DNA of 64,000 nt, from positions 1 through 64,000 of the forward strand of contig CAJFCJ010000052.1 of the NCBI GenBank assembly GCA_904063045.1. Reading direction: 5' to 3'. The position numbers and the translations under genes are program-made. A model generated the notes under the pieces. The model did no database searches. It had not been told where the DNA came from and saw nothing but the letters and a program-made list of their open reading frames with translations. This DNA is from Dimorphilus gyrociliatus (taxonomy: Eukaryota; Animalia; Annelida). This document shows, piece after piece, positions 38,301 to 51,062 of this stretch (position 1 is its first letter; every line of letters begins with the position of its first letter).

Positions 38301-41300
38301 TTCGGACACGACAGAAAATGTCCACAAATGAGTGCTGTTACCCTAACCCAGCCCTTAGCTGTACCTAACCTTTTCCATTACCCCTAACCCTCAGAGGAGA
38401 CCCTCCTAACTGCAAATCAGTTACTGTTTTCTTTTGCCTAACCATTTCTCAATCCAAATTTTTGTCTTGAAATTTCTCATTTGTGGACGTTTTCTGTCGA
38501 CCCCTTAATATTCTTGCCATCAGGGACTGTCTAATTTTATCTCTATAACTGTTACTCCACTTTTTTTTACCCTAAAATTATCTTTACAGAGATGAACTAT
38601 CTTCAAAACAAATATAAAATCTGGAATGATGATCTAACGTCTAAAAACTACTCATCATTGTGCCTATCAAATGAAAATAATTGCAGTACAAATGGTAAGT
38701 TAACACTTATTAATTAAAATTAAAAAAAAAGCATTTTCCTTGTTTTAATATAGGCTTTCATTTATTCAACTATAATATAAATTTAAAAACTCTATTCCAA
38801 TGTCCCAAATTTACATATGAATGCAATATATACAAATTTTGTATAAGTATTTCTGCAGTTTGTGATGGTGTTAATGATTGTCCAAATGGTGATGATGAAA
38901 AAAATTGCTCATACAATTACTTTAAATGTTTCAATGGACAATATAAAATTTCAATAAACCAGCTTTGCGACTTTGTAAGCGATTGCAATGACAAATCTGA
39001 TGAAAATTTTTGTAATATCAATTCAGATATTTCTCTACAAAGAATGTCCTTGTTAGTTATATTTTACATTTAGCAATCATTTCTTATTAATGGACAAGGG
39101 ATTTTTTTTTAGAAATTATACAATTTGTGCTTTTGGAAAGTGTGAAAGGGTTTTAAATTCGTTCACAAAAAAAGACCATTGTCTTGAGACAACAGATACG
39201 ATAATATGCCAAGATAAATGTTTTCCTTCTAACTTGAACACTGTTTGCTTCCAATCGCATAGGGATTTCTTTACATATAGGTAAGTAGCGAATTGTATTT
39301 GAAAAATGATTTTAGCCTTTATGATATGATCACTTTACAGTTTAGCAAATTATGCACATTATCTTCGCCCTTTTAAGAGATTAGTAAACTTTATTGAGGT
39401 AAATTTGAAAGAATGTTTTTCATTGTATTCAGCTAAAAAGTAAAAGAAAAAATATATTGATAGTTTTTCATTTGTTCATTAATTTTCCTTAACATTTTGT
39501 TTTTATAAAAAAAAAGTTTGACTAATAGAGCAAGAGTACAGAAAATTAAGACATGTATTAAAACCACGCCATTGTTCATAAATTTGTAAGTAGGGGAGGC
39601 GATAAAACAATAATTTCAATATAATTCGTTTTTTCTTATAGGGCAATTAATATACTTTACTTTCCAAATTCACCAAAAACTAAAAGAAAAATCAGACAAT
39701 ACACCAACAAAATTTACAAATGTGTTAACAAACTTAAGTAAGTTCGCACCCCCACCCAATTTAAATATTAATTTATTCATGTTTTTTATATTTTTAAATT
39801 TTTTAAATTTTAAATTTCCCTTTTTTGTTTTTTGAAAATGTTAGAAATTATAATGAAATTAATTTTGAACGTATTTTCAAATGCTTTAAATTTCGTGAGA
39901 AAATTGAGTTTGTGTTTTAAATTATTCTTTTTTAAACTTTAATAAAAAGATATTCTTTTAAAAATTCCTTAGAATTTTTCGAAGTTTATATGAATGCAAT
40001 GAAATACTTGTTGGACTATAGTAAATATTTTCTAGACAATGATGCATTAACAGTTATATATAAACCTAATAGGCCTACACAATTTTACTCATATTTTATA
40101 ATAATCTAAAACTTTATAGCATTCCAGATTTTGCATATGCAAACCATGCTGATCAAAACAATTATTATGGGACTTGCAAAAGATTTTTCAACATTATTGA
40201 TAAGTAGGTCATTCTATTTAGATTTTTTTTTTATAAAATACTTTTCTATTTTCTTTCTTAGACTTTTAACAAAGAATTCTGTAAAAAACGATATCAGATA
40301 TTTTTATCCTACAAAGTGTAGATTGACCTATGATATAGGCTATAATTTGAGAAATAGAATGTATGCACCATATAATGACTTAGCAGTTTGTGAGAATATC
40401 TCGTGTTTTCCGGGAGAGTATCGATGTAAATATTTTGCATATTGTATATCAATCGAGCAAATATGTGATGGAAAAAATCACTGTTGGTATGGAGATGATG
40501 AATCTGGATGTGGTCAGATACTTTATCTAAAAATTCTTTATTACAAATTTTAAATTCTATCCCATTTTTTTCATAAATAGATCAATATTTTCCAGCTGGA
40601 TATTTTAAATGTAAAAATGAAAGTAAATTCATTACAACAAATAAAGTTTGTGACAATACTTTGGATTGTCAATTGAAAAATGATGAAAACTTTTGTCCAA
40701 AATCTTATAAATGTCCTTTAAATTGTATTTGTACAAATTACGCAATGGCGTATTGTTCAAATGTATCAAAAACTCAATTTATTATTGATTTAAAAAATGA
40801 TTTTCAAAAAAACATTTGTTTTAAAATTCTTGAAATTAGAAATATTTATTCTTTAAAATTTCAATTATCCTCAATTTTCATAATGAAATTAATAATAGAA
40901 AATTCAACAACTGTTCTTCCATTTGATGATAAATTTTTTGTACCAAATATTGTTTTTTTAACTTTGAGAAAAACAAATTTAAAAAATTTATATTTTGTTC
41001 AAAAATATAAAAAAAACTTACTTCAACATTTAGATTTGTCAAACAATCCTTTAGATGGTTTAAATAATATGTCATTCAGTGTCTTTCCTCAACTTATTTC
41101 ATTGGATTTATCAATTACAAATTTACGGATAATAACCATTTATACATTTCAAAATCTTTCAAAACTTGAAAAATTAAATTTATCATTGTCAAAAATTTAT
41201 TCAATATCTTCCAAATCATTTTTATCCATGAGCGATATTAAAGAAAATGATGCTAATGGAATAGAATTGAATTATAAAACAATGAAATTATTTTGGAAAA

Positions 41301-43070
41301 GTTTTCCAAATTTAACAACATTTTCAAGCGATTATTACGAAATATGTTGCTTTTTAAAAAATCTCAACAAAACGGCTACAAATCTTAATTGTTTACCAAA
41401 ATCATCAAAACTTTTTTCGTGTAAAATATTACTTGGAAGTAGAGTAGTGTCATTTCTGTATAGAATAGTAGCAGTATGTTGTATTATTCAAACAACACTG
41501 TTATTCGGTTTCCGGATATATAATTATCATAGATTTTCTCAAATATTCAATTTATCTTCATCATTCCATCATGCAATTTCAACATTATGCCTTTTAGTGA
41601 TTATTTATCAAGATATTATATTTAGGGATGAGTTCTATAAGTATTATAATCATTGGAAAAATCATTCTCTGTGTTCAGTTATTGGAGTTGTTATGACATT
41701 TTCAATTATTTTAAATTCTGGAAATAATTTGCTTGTTAGTTTAGATCAATTTTTAAATGTCTATTCTCCATTTAAGAAAATATTAACAAATAAATTAGTC
41801 CTATGTGCATTTATTTTTAACTATATATTTTCATTGGCGTGTTCAAGCTTTCCAATTGTTTTTTATCCAGTAAGCCTTTAAAAATAGAAATATGGCTATC
41901 AACTTTAAAATTGTTTCTATATAGATTTTTTACTTTTTCAGATATTCTATTCAAAAACACCAATTTGTTTAAATTTAATTATGTATGATAATAGCTTGAA
42001 TGATTGGTTTTTTGTTTATTTTAACTATGGTGTAATACTATTTGTTGAAAATGCATTATTATCTATTTTCTACATTATAATATTTAAAATAATACTGAAA
42101 TCTGATTCTCAATTTAGTAACAGTACTTCAAAAAAAAGAAACATTTCAATGTCACTTCTTATTGGTGTATTTTTAAATTCATTTTTTTGGTGTTTTTTAA
42201 CAATAACAGGTTAAAAAGTATTTCAAAATTGGAAATATAACATAATGTAATTATATATTTTCAATCATCAAAATTAGTTTTAATTAGAAAACTATTCTTA
42301 TTCAATTTGACCTATATTGAAAATTTATTAATAGTTGTTCTCGTGATTATATTTTCATATTTTATAATTCCATTTTGCTTTTCAATTAATGAATGGCAAG
42401 AAATTGTTGCAAAGAGATGTCAAAGAAAATACGAAATGAAACTTAAATTAGATGAACATGTTCAAACAGAAATTTTGAAAACATGTAATAAACACATTAG
42501 CCATCCATTTATCAATTCTATATATTTTAAACTTGAATGATTTTTTCTCAGCTATTAGTATACTGGTTGAAGAAACAAAATATTCTGTCATGCCATTTGC
42601 TGAATCGACTAACATTTTAAAATTCACTTTTCACAAAGATCATTTCTCTAAATTCAGATATTTCTATTGTTTTAAATCTGTTACAATTGCAATTGACTAT
42701 TTACACAAAAAATATATTTCTCTAGATGGAAAAATTGATTGTCAATATATTTTTTACGAAGTAAATTATTTGTTCCTCAACAAATTTAGCTTTTGATCAT
42801 TTCAATATTAGGCCAGAAAATCTTAATAATGAAGAAAGTTTTATTGAAATGGTCAATTAACTGATAATTTTCACACATTCATGCATTCAACAAAATACTC
42901 TGATCATCTCTTTTTTCACTTAAAAGATTCTGAAATCTGGAAAATATAAATATTACCTAACGGCATGCAACAGTGTTGCTAAGGCAAACACCAATGAAAG
43001 TTCTGATATATATTCTCTTGGAAAATTTCTTAGAAAATTACTGCAACAACATCATTTATTGAAAAGATAA
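35340..43070 (+). CDS. GRL101-like GPCR (signal, SRCR-like/Cys modules, LDLa repeats, LRRs, 7TM) with C-terminal kinase-like domain; the 5' part shows frameshifts
   Basis: Signal MLLIYFFFEFLNFCHS; LDLa (CDGVNDCPNGDDEKNC etc.); LRR LQHLDLSNNPL; hinge YEICC; WKNHSLCSVIG; SLDQFLNVYSPF; TM5-7 recovered through introns 42210-42277 etc.; kinase-like motifs in 42560-43070. Confidence 0.75.
38304..38504. mobile_element. MULE-type MITE (201 bp) in an intron of the GPCR
   Basis: ~29-bp TIR (GG...CGACAGAAAAyGTCCACAAATGAG); perfect 9-bp TSD TTAATATTC. Confidence 0.95.
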
Positions 43071-44304
43071 AATATTGCTCTTTTTTAAAAATACATATGT
43101 TTAAAAATTGAAAGTTTTGTAATATATAATTCACAATTTTTAGGATCAAGTCAAAAATGAGAACCAAAATTCTACCCTTGCAAGAATCTTATTTGATTTT
43201 AGAGAGCAGTTAAAGATTAAAAAAAACATAAAATAATATAGCCATTAATTCTAAATTGTTATCTGTTACATTAAGTGTTGTAATGATGTTTCATGTTTGC
43301 GAGAATATTTGTTACATATGAAATACGAAATTGTTTCTATTAATATTTATTGGGCAGTCCAAAAATTGGCCCACTACCTAGTGTTCAAGAAATTTTTAAC
43401 CCTGACTTCTACCTGGAACATGATGCATTGATGAAAGTTGTTGATAAGTTAGGAGAAAAATTGATAGAACAATACACTTAGAGACGCTGCATATACGTGT
43501 AACTGCTGTACTTTTTTTATCGCAATTGTATTTGTCTTTTCCAATCATTTAGCAATTGCCCAAAGTACTCAAACAAATAGAACCTTTCAAGTTTGTCCTC
43601 AAGTAGTCTTAATAGATTTATAGGTTAATCAACTGTATTATTAAAATTTAAGATGTAAATAACACTATTTGTCTACAATTTGATAGAATTTTTTGCTGTA
43701 CACTCTACCTACACATTGCTTATGCGAAACTAGATCAATACTGCTTATCTCTGTCAGTGCATCAGTACTGTGAGCATTGCTAGTGATACTTATCCAATTT
43801 ACAACCAGCTGACAAAAATGAGCAGTACTGTCTACAAATCGAAATATATCTATTATCGCTCTAGGCAAACCTCAAAGTATATAAATCCTGGCTGTTTCAT
43901 TCCAATCATTTAATCTCAGTGTAATCATTAGAGAAGATAATTTGGAAACAAGCCTCTACTCTTTAACATTGGATACCAATTTGGTAATTTGGCACCCTGC
44001 TATTTGAACCATCTACTCTGCAATTGAACTTTCATATCGTTACTTGAATGAACCATTTAAATTAAATGTTTTGTTTACAATTGGTGTAGAATTATATAAC
44101 TGTATTCTAAAGTAATGCTAGACCTGTTCACTAAGAGGGTTGATTCGGGACTGAATACTTGTTACTATCTATGGCCTGCTTTTATACAATTCCTTATCAG
44201 TTGTTTATGCCTTAGCTGTCAGCAACAAGAGTCTAACCCCAGATAAGGATTGTTCACAACAAACAGGGTCAAGGGTTATCAAATTATGCAATAGTGATGT
44301 AAGC

Positions 44305-44860
44305 AAAAAGGGAAAATAAGGGCAACAGCAAGAGTTTTAGGAATGGCACCATAATTAGCTAGTAACATCTTGAAGTTTAAGCAGACAGAGCAAGACAATA
44401 GGGATGGTTGATAACCTCTGATGGTGTAATTGAAGTCTGGAGGATAGAGAGAAGGTTGAATGCCAAAACTACAGCTCCTTCATTATGGAAGATGTTCTTC
44501 CTGACATAGAAGAGATTGAGGAAAAAAAAACCTTTGGTAAGTGTATAAATGAAGATGCACTTCCCGAGTTCATTAGTCTATAATCTCCTAATCATAGACT
44601 ATACTCTACTGTAAGATTGGTACTCATTTACTTAATACACGTAGTTGATGATCATATCGTTTGGCTCAATGGCCAACTTTTCTTATTATTACCATTGTAG
44701 ACGTTACATGCTTATATTTAAAATTATAGCTTTCATTCTTTTTCTTTCTCCGTGTTGAGCAAAGATCAATGCAATGGAGGATAGAATGACGACATCTAAA
44801 AAATTCAATAGTGTCAATTACCAGAATTTCTGTAAAACATGATTGTTCCATTCTTACGGA
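44305..44860 (+). mobile_element. Deleted Tc1-a transposase pieces (44305-44525) and LTR-D/gag BEL-Pao relic (44640-44860)
   Basis: Matches to 14030-14130 and 31270-31360; gcaatggaggatagaatgac shared with the 6150 gag. Confidence 0.6.
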
Positions 44861-45114
44861 GTAGGATTCTTTCTAAACTTCTATCATTCTTATTTTTTTA
44901 GATTTCCTTTTAAAGTTGCTTTATATCTAAAGTCTTAATATCATTATGTCATTATTTCTAAGTGTAGATATAGTTTAAAAACTATGCGAAAAAAAGAGAT
45001 ATAAATCATGCATGATTTTTTTTATAATGGCTGAAATAGATATTTGAAAAGAAAATTTCACTATTGAAATAGCTTTATTGCTATTATTGAAATTAGTTAT
45101 ACAGATAAATCGGG

Positions 45115-45321
45115 GGGGTCGACAGAAAACGTCCACAAATGAGAAATTTCAAGACAAAGATTTGGATTGAGAAATGGTTAGGCAGAAGAAAACAGCAACT
45201 GATTTGTACTTAGGAGGCTCTCCTCTAAGGGTTAGGGGTAATGGAAAATGTTTGGTACTGCTAAGGGCTGGGTTAGGGTTAGGGTAAAAGCACTCATTTG
45301 TGGACGTTTTCTGTCGTATCC
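45115..45321. mobile_element. MULE-type MITE (reverse orientation)
   Basis: TIRs as in the 38304 copy; flanks agataaatc/aaataaagc (7 of 9). Confidence 0.9.
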
Positions 45322-45699
45322 AAATAAAGCAATAAAGTTAATAACATTATAACAAATGGCAATAAAAAAGTAAATATAAATTTTTAAATATAGTTCACTT
45401 TTTTCTTTTATCAATGATTGTCCTTTTATTGTTAATACAAAATATTCAAATACTTTTTCAGTTATCATATTCCAGTGGAATATTAGAAAATGGTGGAAAG
45501 TATTCCAGGAAACTAATGATCATATTTAAGGATATTTAAAAGTTTTAATTGGAAAAAATTCTTATCGTGTTAATTATTTATGGAAAAGAAAACAATTTTC
45601 AAATGAAATATGTAAATTAATTGGATGCGATCATATTTATTCCGTGATCTACTCAACTGGTAGAAAAATTTTGGGAAAATTTGTCGACCTAGTTAATAT

Positions 45700-46560
45700 T
45701 AATAACAAATGCTGTTCAATGTAAGGTTAAATTCTTAAAATTTTAAAAAATATTGAAGAAAACCAATGTTCTCTTAGAAAACAATTTCATAATGAATTGT
45801 CAAGAGTTTTGTCTGAAGGTGCTACCCCATTGATTTTCATTATTAGCCTTTCCATATAAACTTAGACTTATTGATCTAAAACCATTTTGAAGGGTTGATG
45901 GAAGGTTATAGAAAACTGCTTGGTCATTTTGAATAATAAATATTTTTCCTAGTGAATCTAATTTAGGGTATAAACAAGTATAAATCAGTTAGGCTTATTT
46001 TTTTTAGTAGATCCCTCTTTTTTGTCTATTAACTATAAAAAATTGAAAAGATTTGACCTAGTACCTTTTATAAATACTTGAACAATACTAAATCCAATAC
46101 TCTTTGTGCTTGCAATTTAAATAGCTTCAACTTATATTCCGGTTTCTATGTATTTGTCACTATATTCAAAACATTGTTGATGTGTATGCTGTTCCAAATC
46201 CAAAAATTTTTCTAAACCGGAAGTTCACTTTACCTTGACCTTTGTAATAAATTTTGCGATGTGTTGCTTATATTATAAGAAAATGGAAAATTTAATTTAA
46301 AATTAAAACTTTTAAAAATTGGACTAACCGATTCATAAGACAAAATTTAATTGCCTTTCCATAAATCTTGAAAGATAAATTGTCCAATACAATCATTCTC
46401 ACTACAAAGTGCTGACCATTCATAATTTATATTTATTAGACTGCTAAGTAAATCTAAGGCTTGTTGGCATGTAAACTTATCAAGTTGAGATGATGCATTA
46501 CAATTAGCTCCATGTTCTAGAAGTGCAATACTAGTTAAATAATCCAAATCATGAATATCT
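45700..46560 (-). pseudogene. Paralog of the 1620-3938 gene (discoidin-like + FAMeT-like), frameshifted
   Basis: SIALLEHGANCNASSQLDKFTCQQALD...EWSALCSENDCIGQFI / frameshift / KAIKFCLMNR; QNDQAVFYNLPSTLQNGFRSISLSLYG resembles QSENYVVFYVPKTFQKDFKAFKFKILG. Confidence 0.7.
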
Positions 46561-46838
46561 TGTGAAATTTCTCTGAAAACGAGAAAAGAGCAAGGATAGG
46601 CTAAATTTGTGTTTAAAACTAGATTTTTTTGAACTAACCTTTATAGGCATAAATCAATATCGAATTATATCCAGAATAATAAGAATCATATTGAATTGGT
46701 ATGAAAGATATAGTTTTTAAATTATAATTATAGTTTAATTTTGGCAAAAAACATTCAATTCTCTCTTCTAAATCCAATTCTTAAAAATACGATTGTTCGT
46801 TTACAAGACTGCATTTATATAGTTAGTTAGGACTTTTG

Positions 46839-47045
46839 GGATGCGACAGAAGACGTCCACAAATGAGTGCTTTTACCCTAACCCTAACCCAGCCCTTAGC
46901 TGTGCCTAACCTTTTCCATTAGCCCTAACCCTTAGAGGAGACCCTCCTACGTACAAATCAGTTGCTGTTTTCTTCTGCCTAACCATTTCTCAATCCAAAC
47001 TTTGGTCTTGAAATTTCTCATTTGTGGACGTTTTCTATCGACCCC
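46839..47045. mobile_element. MULE-type MITE (207 bp)
   Basis: TIRs; 9-bp TSD ggacttttg/agacttttg. Confidence 0.92.
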
Positions 47046-47462
47046 AGACTTTTGACATTTAAATTTAACTATATCTAGATAATCCAAAAATCAGATAATC
47101 CCTAATTGTCAGATCTAAACAAGCATAAATCAGCCTTTTCTATTCATCTACTAAACAATCAAAATATAATGGTCAAATAAGATCTTGTATTGAGTAATAC
47201 TGACCTATATTTTTGACACTAGATTTAGACAAAATATAATTTCATTTGTTGAATTCAACAATTAAGAATTGAAATATTCTAAAAAAAAAGTGTATTATAA
47301 GCACTTCAAACTTTTCAAGCAACGCTATTGTTAACATTTTCAAAACACAATTGTATTTGGTCTAAAACAGAATTTCTAAAATTTACACGCAGAAAATTTT
47401 AATAGAAATTTGTTTTAATCTAAATCTTTAAACCTTTGCTATTTCTACTTTTTTTATTTTTA

Positions 47463-48680
47463 TTAATCTAGTTCTAGTTTGTAGTTGTACAATTCGTGAT
47501 AAACATCCATACTTTCTCTAATAGCTTCCTGATAAATTTCCGGAAGATTCATTTCTTGCTCTTTTCCTTTTAGAGTATCTTCAAATTTCTTTGTAGTAAT
47601 AAGATTTTTACGCCACGGATGCCATTGTTTGCTAAAATTAATAAGATTTAAAAAAAGATTGTATTTTCAGATTTTGTCGTAGAATTTTTTTTAATAATAT
47701 TTATTTTACTTGTGAAGCTTTTGAAAACTTTTTGCTGATTCGTCCCATTCCACCATACTATCTTTATAGTCCATTCCGACCTTCTGACAGTACTTTTTGA
47801 GTATACCAACTGAAATAATTAAATTAGTAAAAAAATAAGAAAATTTTCTATGTAACTTCAAAACACTATTTCTTTACCTGAATTATTGATTAAATCATCG
47901 GCTTCAATTACTATTGGCTCATGTCCTAGAACTTTAGTAATGTGTTTAAAAAGTTCCATTAATTGTTTAAATCCAACTTCTGTCTTGTTGAAACTAGTCC
48001 AATCGGGGTCCTAAATAGTTATTCATACTAGGATTAATCTTCTATAACTAACTATTTAAAAGAAGAATATAACCTCTCCTTTCGTTATTATACCATGAAG
48101 TGATCTGACAGTTTTATTTGGATTCCTAATGAGAAATGTGTGTTGAAATCCGTCTGGAATAGCATCGTATCTTCCTCCTAGCTGATAAGCCATATCTTTG
48201 ATGAAAACGTATTTCTCTGAAATATGTAAGCATAGTTATATTAAGTAGTTACAAGAAACAGCATACCAGACGGTTCCTCTTCACATAATTCCTTACATTC
48301 TTTGAAAGTATAACCTTCGTGTGAATTTTCTTCATATCTGCAAAAATATTTGTTGAATAATTTGAATGATTACACCTTAACAACTCAGTTATTTATAGCT
48401 AATTAGTATTTTTTTACTAAAATGAAAAGAATATGTTAAAAATTTCTGGCATAAATATCAAGATACCTGTCGCTTTGTTTCTCAGATGAATAGTAGTAGC
48501 ATGAAACATATGGTTCTAGTATAACCTGTTGAAATTGAAAATTAAATAAATCTTAAAATCTATCATTCTAATTAAACTAACTTTTGTATCATGTCTTGCA
48601 GCCATTGCTCTTGCAAATGCTGTTGAACATGATCTGGGTGTTGTCCACAGGAAAATTTTCTTCTTAGTACCTTCCGCCAT
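47463..48680 (-). CDS. Sulfotransferase-fold P-loop protein (BCAT-like N-terminal domain family), multi-exon; apparent 1-nt frameshift near 47570
   Basis: FLWTTPRSCSTAFARAM, FIKDMAYQL, HTFLIRNP, PIVIEADDL, YCQKVGMDYKDSMVEW, LPEIYQEAIRES...YHELY. Confidence 0.8.
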
Positions 48681-49284
48681 TTCTGCTGAAGTCGTACTGA
48701 ACACAGCGTTAGTGTTAAAAATAAACTTGACAATGCAATCTAAGCCATTTTAGAATAATTTATTTAAATTGTATATCCCCTTCGTTGTATTGTATTTTGC
48801 AAGACTTTTTAAGGATCCATGTAATAGGCAACCATTGTTAACAAATCGTTTGATCAATTTACTAAAGTATTCACCAAAAATGGTCTCAATAAATAAAAAG
48901 AAAACATGTTTTCTATTGATTAAGATAGGCGAATTGGACATGTTAAAAAATCAGAACATATGAAACTTAAAAATTTACTTGATATTTTGGGAGCTAACAA
49001 TGCAACGTTGAAAATTGGGTCAAAATCTACTCGTTTTTGTCAGTTTACCAAATCAATTTTTGCTCAATACTAATTCATTACTACTTATTTGTATTTAATG
49101 ATTTATTCCATAGGTGGCGAAATGAGGGATATTTGATAGATGGAGTTTTTAGAGCAATTTGACAGGAAAAAATGAATAATAAGAATTACAAATATTTAAA
49201 TATTAATATATTGATTAAGTAAAAAGAAGCATTATAACAAGAATGATTGACAACAGTGTAACAACATTAAAGAATAAAGGTACT

Positions 49285-51062
49285 TTAAACTGGTGAATAA
49301 ATGTCAGAAGCTTTATCAAGTAAGTCCAGGGAGGTAATTGAGGCAATTTCAAATTGTTCCCATAAGCTGAATATTTTGCTTTGAATATTCTGATATGCTT
49401 TTCTTTGCTGTCTACAAATTTTCTTTTCACTCAGTAATTTTTTATATAGCTTTATCAGATCAGCTTCTCTTTTCAGTTCATCTAAAAGCAAATAGAATGC
49501 AGTGTTAGAGCAAAGATTCTTGTTAAGCCTGTGATGCCAGCCTTCAATATCATTATTTGTCCTTATAGCCTCACCATATACAGACCATACCTCTGGTTTA
49601 TAAAATCCATTTATCCATTGTGTCTCAATGTACTCCAATAGAGACTTCATTTCAATAGGACTTATTTCTTTAATAGTCTTAAATGTTGGTTCTATCAGAT
49701 CAGAGGGCAGGAATGGTAATGCCATTAATTTCTTCATGATTCTATATTCAGCTTTTTTCTCCTTGTACATCTTACATAATCCTAATTCCTGGAAATAAAT
49801 AGTATTACTTGAATCTTTCTGTATATTGCCTGTGTCCAATGAAAAACACACCCTTTAATGTTTGCTTCAGGATAAGTGAATGATGGTGCTTTCCAAATAG
49901 CTTTTTCAAAGTCTACAACAACTTTTTTGGGGCTATGCCCATTTGTTAAATCTTGAGATTTAAGATTATTCAATTTAAAATGCAAAATTATTGTACCTTA
50001 AATAATTTCTTGTAGGCTGTCTTTCTCTGGGATCCCATAAAAGCAAAAGCCATTGGAATTTGTTTTATTTCTCCATTTTTTTTATAAATCCATGAATAGA
50101 AAAAAGTTGATAAAAAGGGTCTTTCACACATTTAAATGTGCCATCCATAAACCATATTTTGCCTTTAGATAATAATTCAATTTGCTTTGTGGTTGAAAAT
50201 ATTAGTATTCTATCATTCTCCACGGATGTGGTAGAAAACGGCCATAAATCTATGGTTTTACCCTAACCCTAACCTAGCCCTTGTTTTTGCCTAAACTTTT
50301 TCAATGCCACTAACCCTTAGATAGGACCCTCCTAAGTACATATCAATAGCTATCCTATTCTCCTAACCATTTCCCAGCCTGAAATCTGACCTTCAAATAT
50401 TTCATTTATGGCTGTTTTCGACCGGTCCCATTCTCCATTTGTATATCCATTTGTAAAAAATCATCAGGAATAAAAGTTTTAGCAGAGTTGAAGTGAATAC
50501 TTTGATGTTCAGCTGATCTAAACTTCTTTCTTGTCCAGTTTGCCAGTCTTGTACAATTATCTAGAGATGGAATAACTTCACTAGAACTACAATGCTGACT
50601 AACTGTTGCTGAACATTTATTTCTTTTGTTCCTAACACTGCATATCCAGAATGTTGTCTTGTTTCTTTTTTCTTTAATATTGTAGCAGAAATTGTTGAAA
50701 AGTAGCAAATCTTTTCCTTTCTGGCTCATTCCCTTTAAGATTTTAAATGAATAACTTTCTTTCTCACAATCTGATTTTGGAGAAACTATAAATGAAACTT
50801 CCATCATATTATTTTGTTGAGCTGGAAGATCTTCAACTAAAACATTGTTTGATTCCATAATACTGCCATTTGTATCATTTCCACTTGAATTTCCACAATG
50901 ATTTTCACAAACAATAGTTTGCTCATTTCTATTATTTGCGGTATGAAAATTTGGTGTTTGACTTATTTCTTCATTAACAGATGCACTAGAAGGCAGCCTT
51001 TGCAGTGTAACAATGCGTTTCTTCATTGATATGTCACAGCAATTAACAATAATGATAAACAA
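49285..51062 (-). mobile_element. MULE transposase with FLYWCH zinc finger, disrupted by a MITE and frameshifts
   Basis: KGKDLLLFNNFCY...TFWICS...CSATV (FLYWCH); WFMDGTFKCVKDPFYQLFSIHG; VVVDFEKAIWKA...IKGCVFHWTQAI; RTNNDIEGWHHRLN. Confidence 0.92.
50224..50429. mobile_element. Related MULE-type MITE inserted in the MULE transposase
   Basis: Imperfect TIRs, 9-bp TSD attctccac/attctccat. Removal restores the frame MDIQMEN-DRILIFST. Confidence 0.9.

Noticed and set aside
42792-42824. FDHFNIRPENL resembling an HRDIKPENL catalytic loop
   Set aside because: It is in a different frame and probably intronic, followed by a stop. The YLH...DGKI segment already occupies that position. Probably coincidence, but worth rechecking with RNA-seq.
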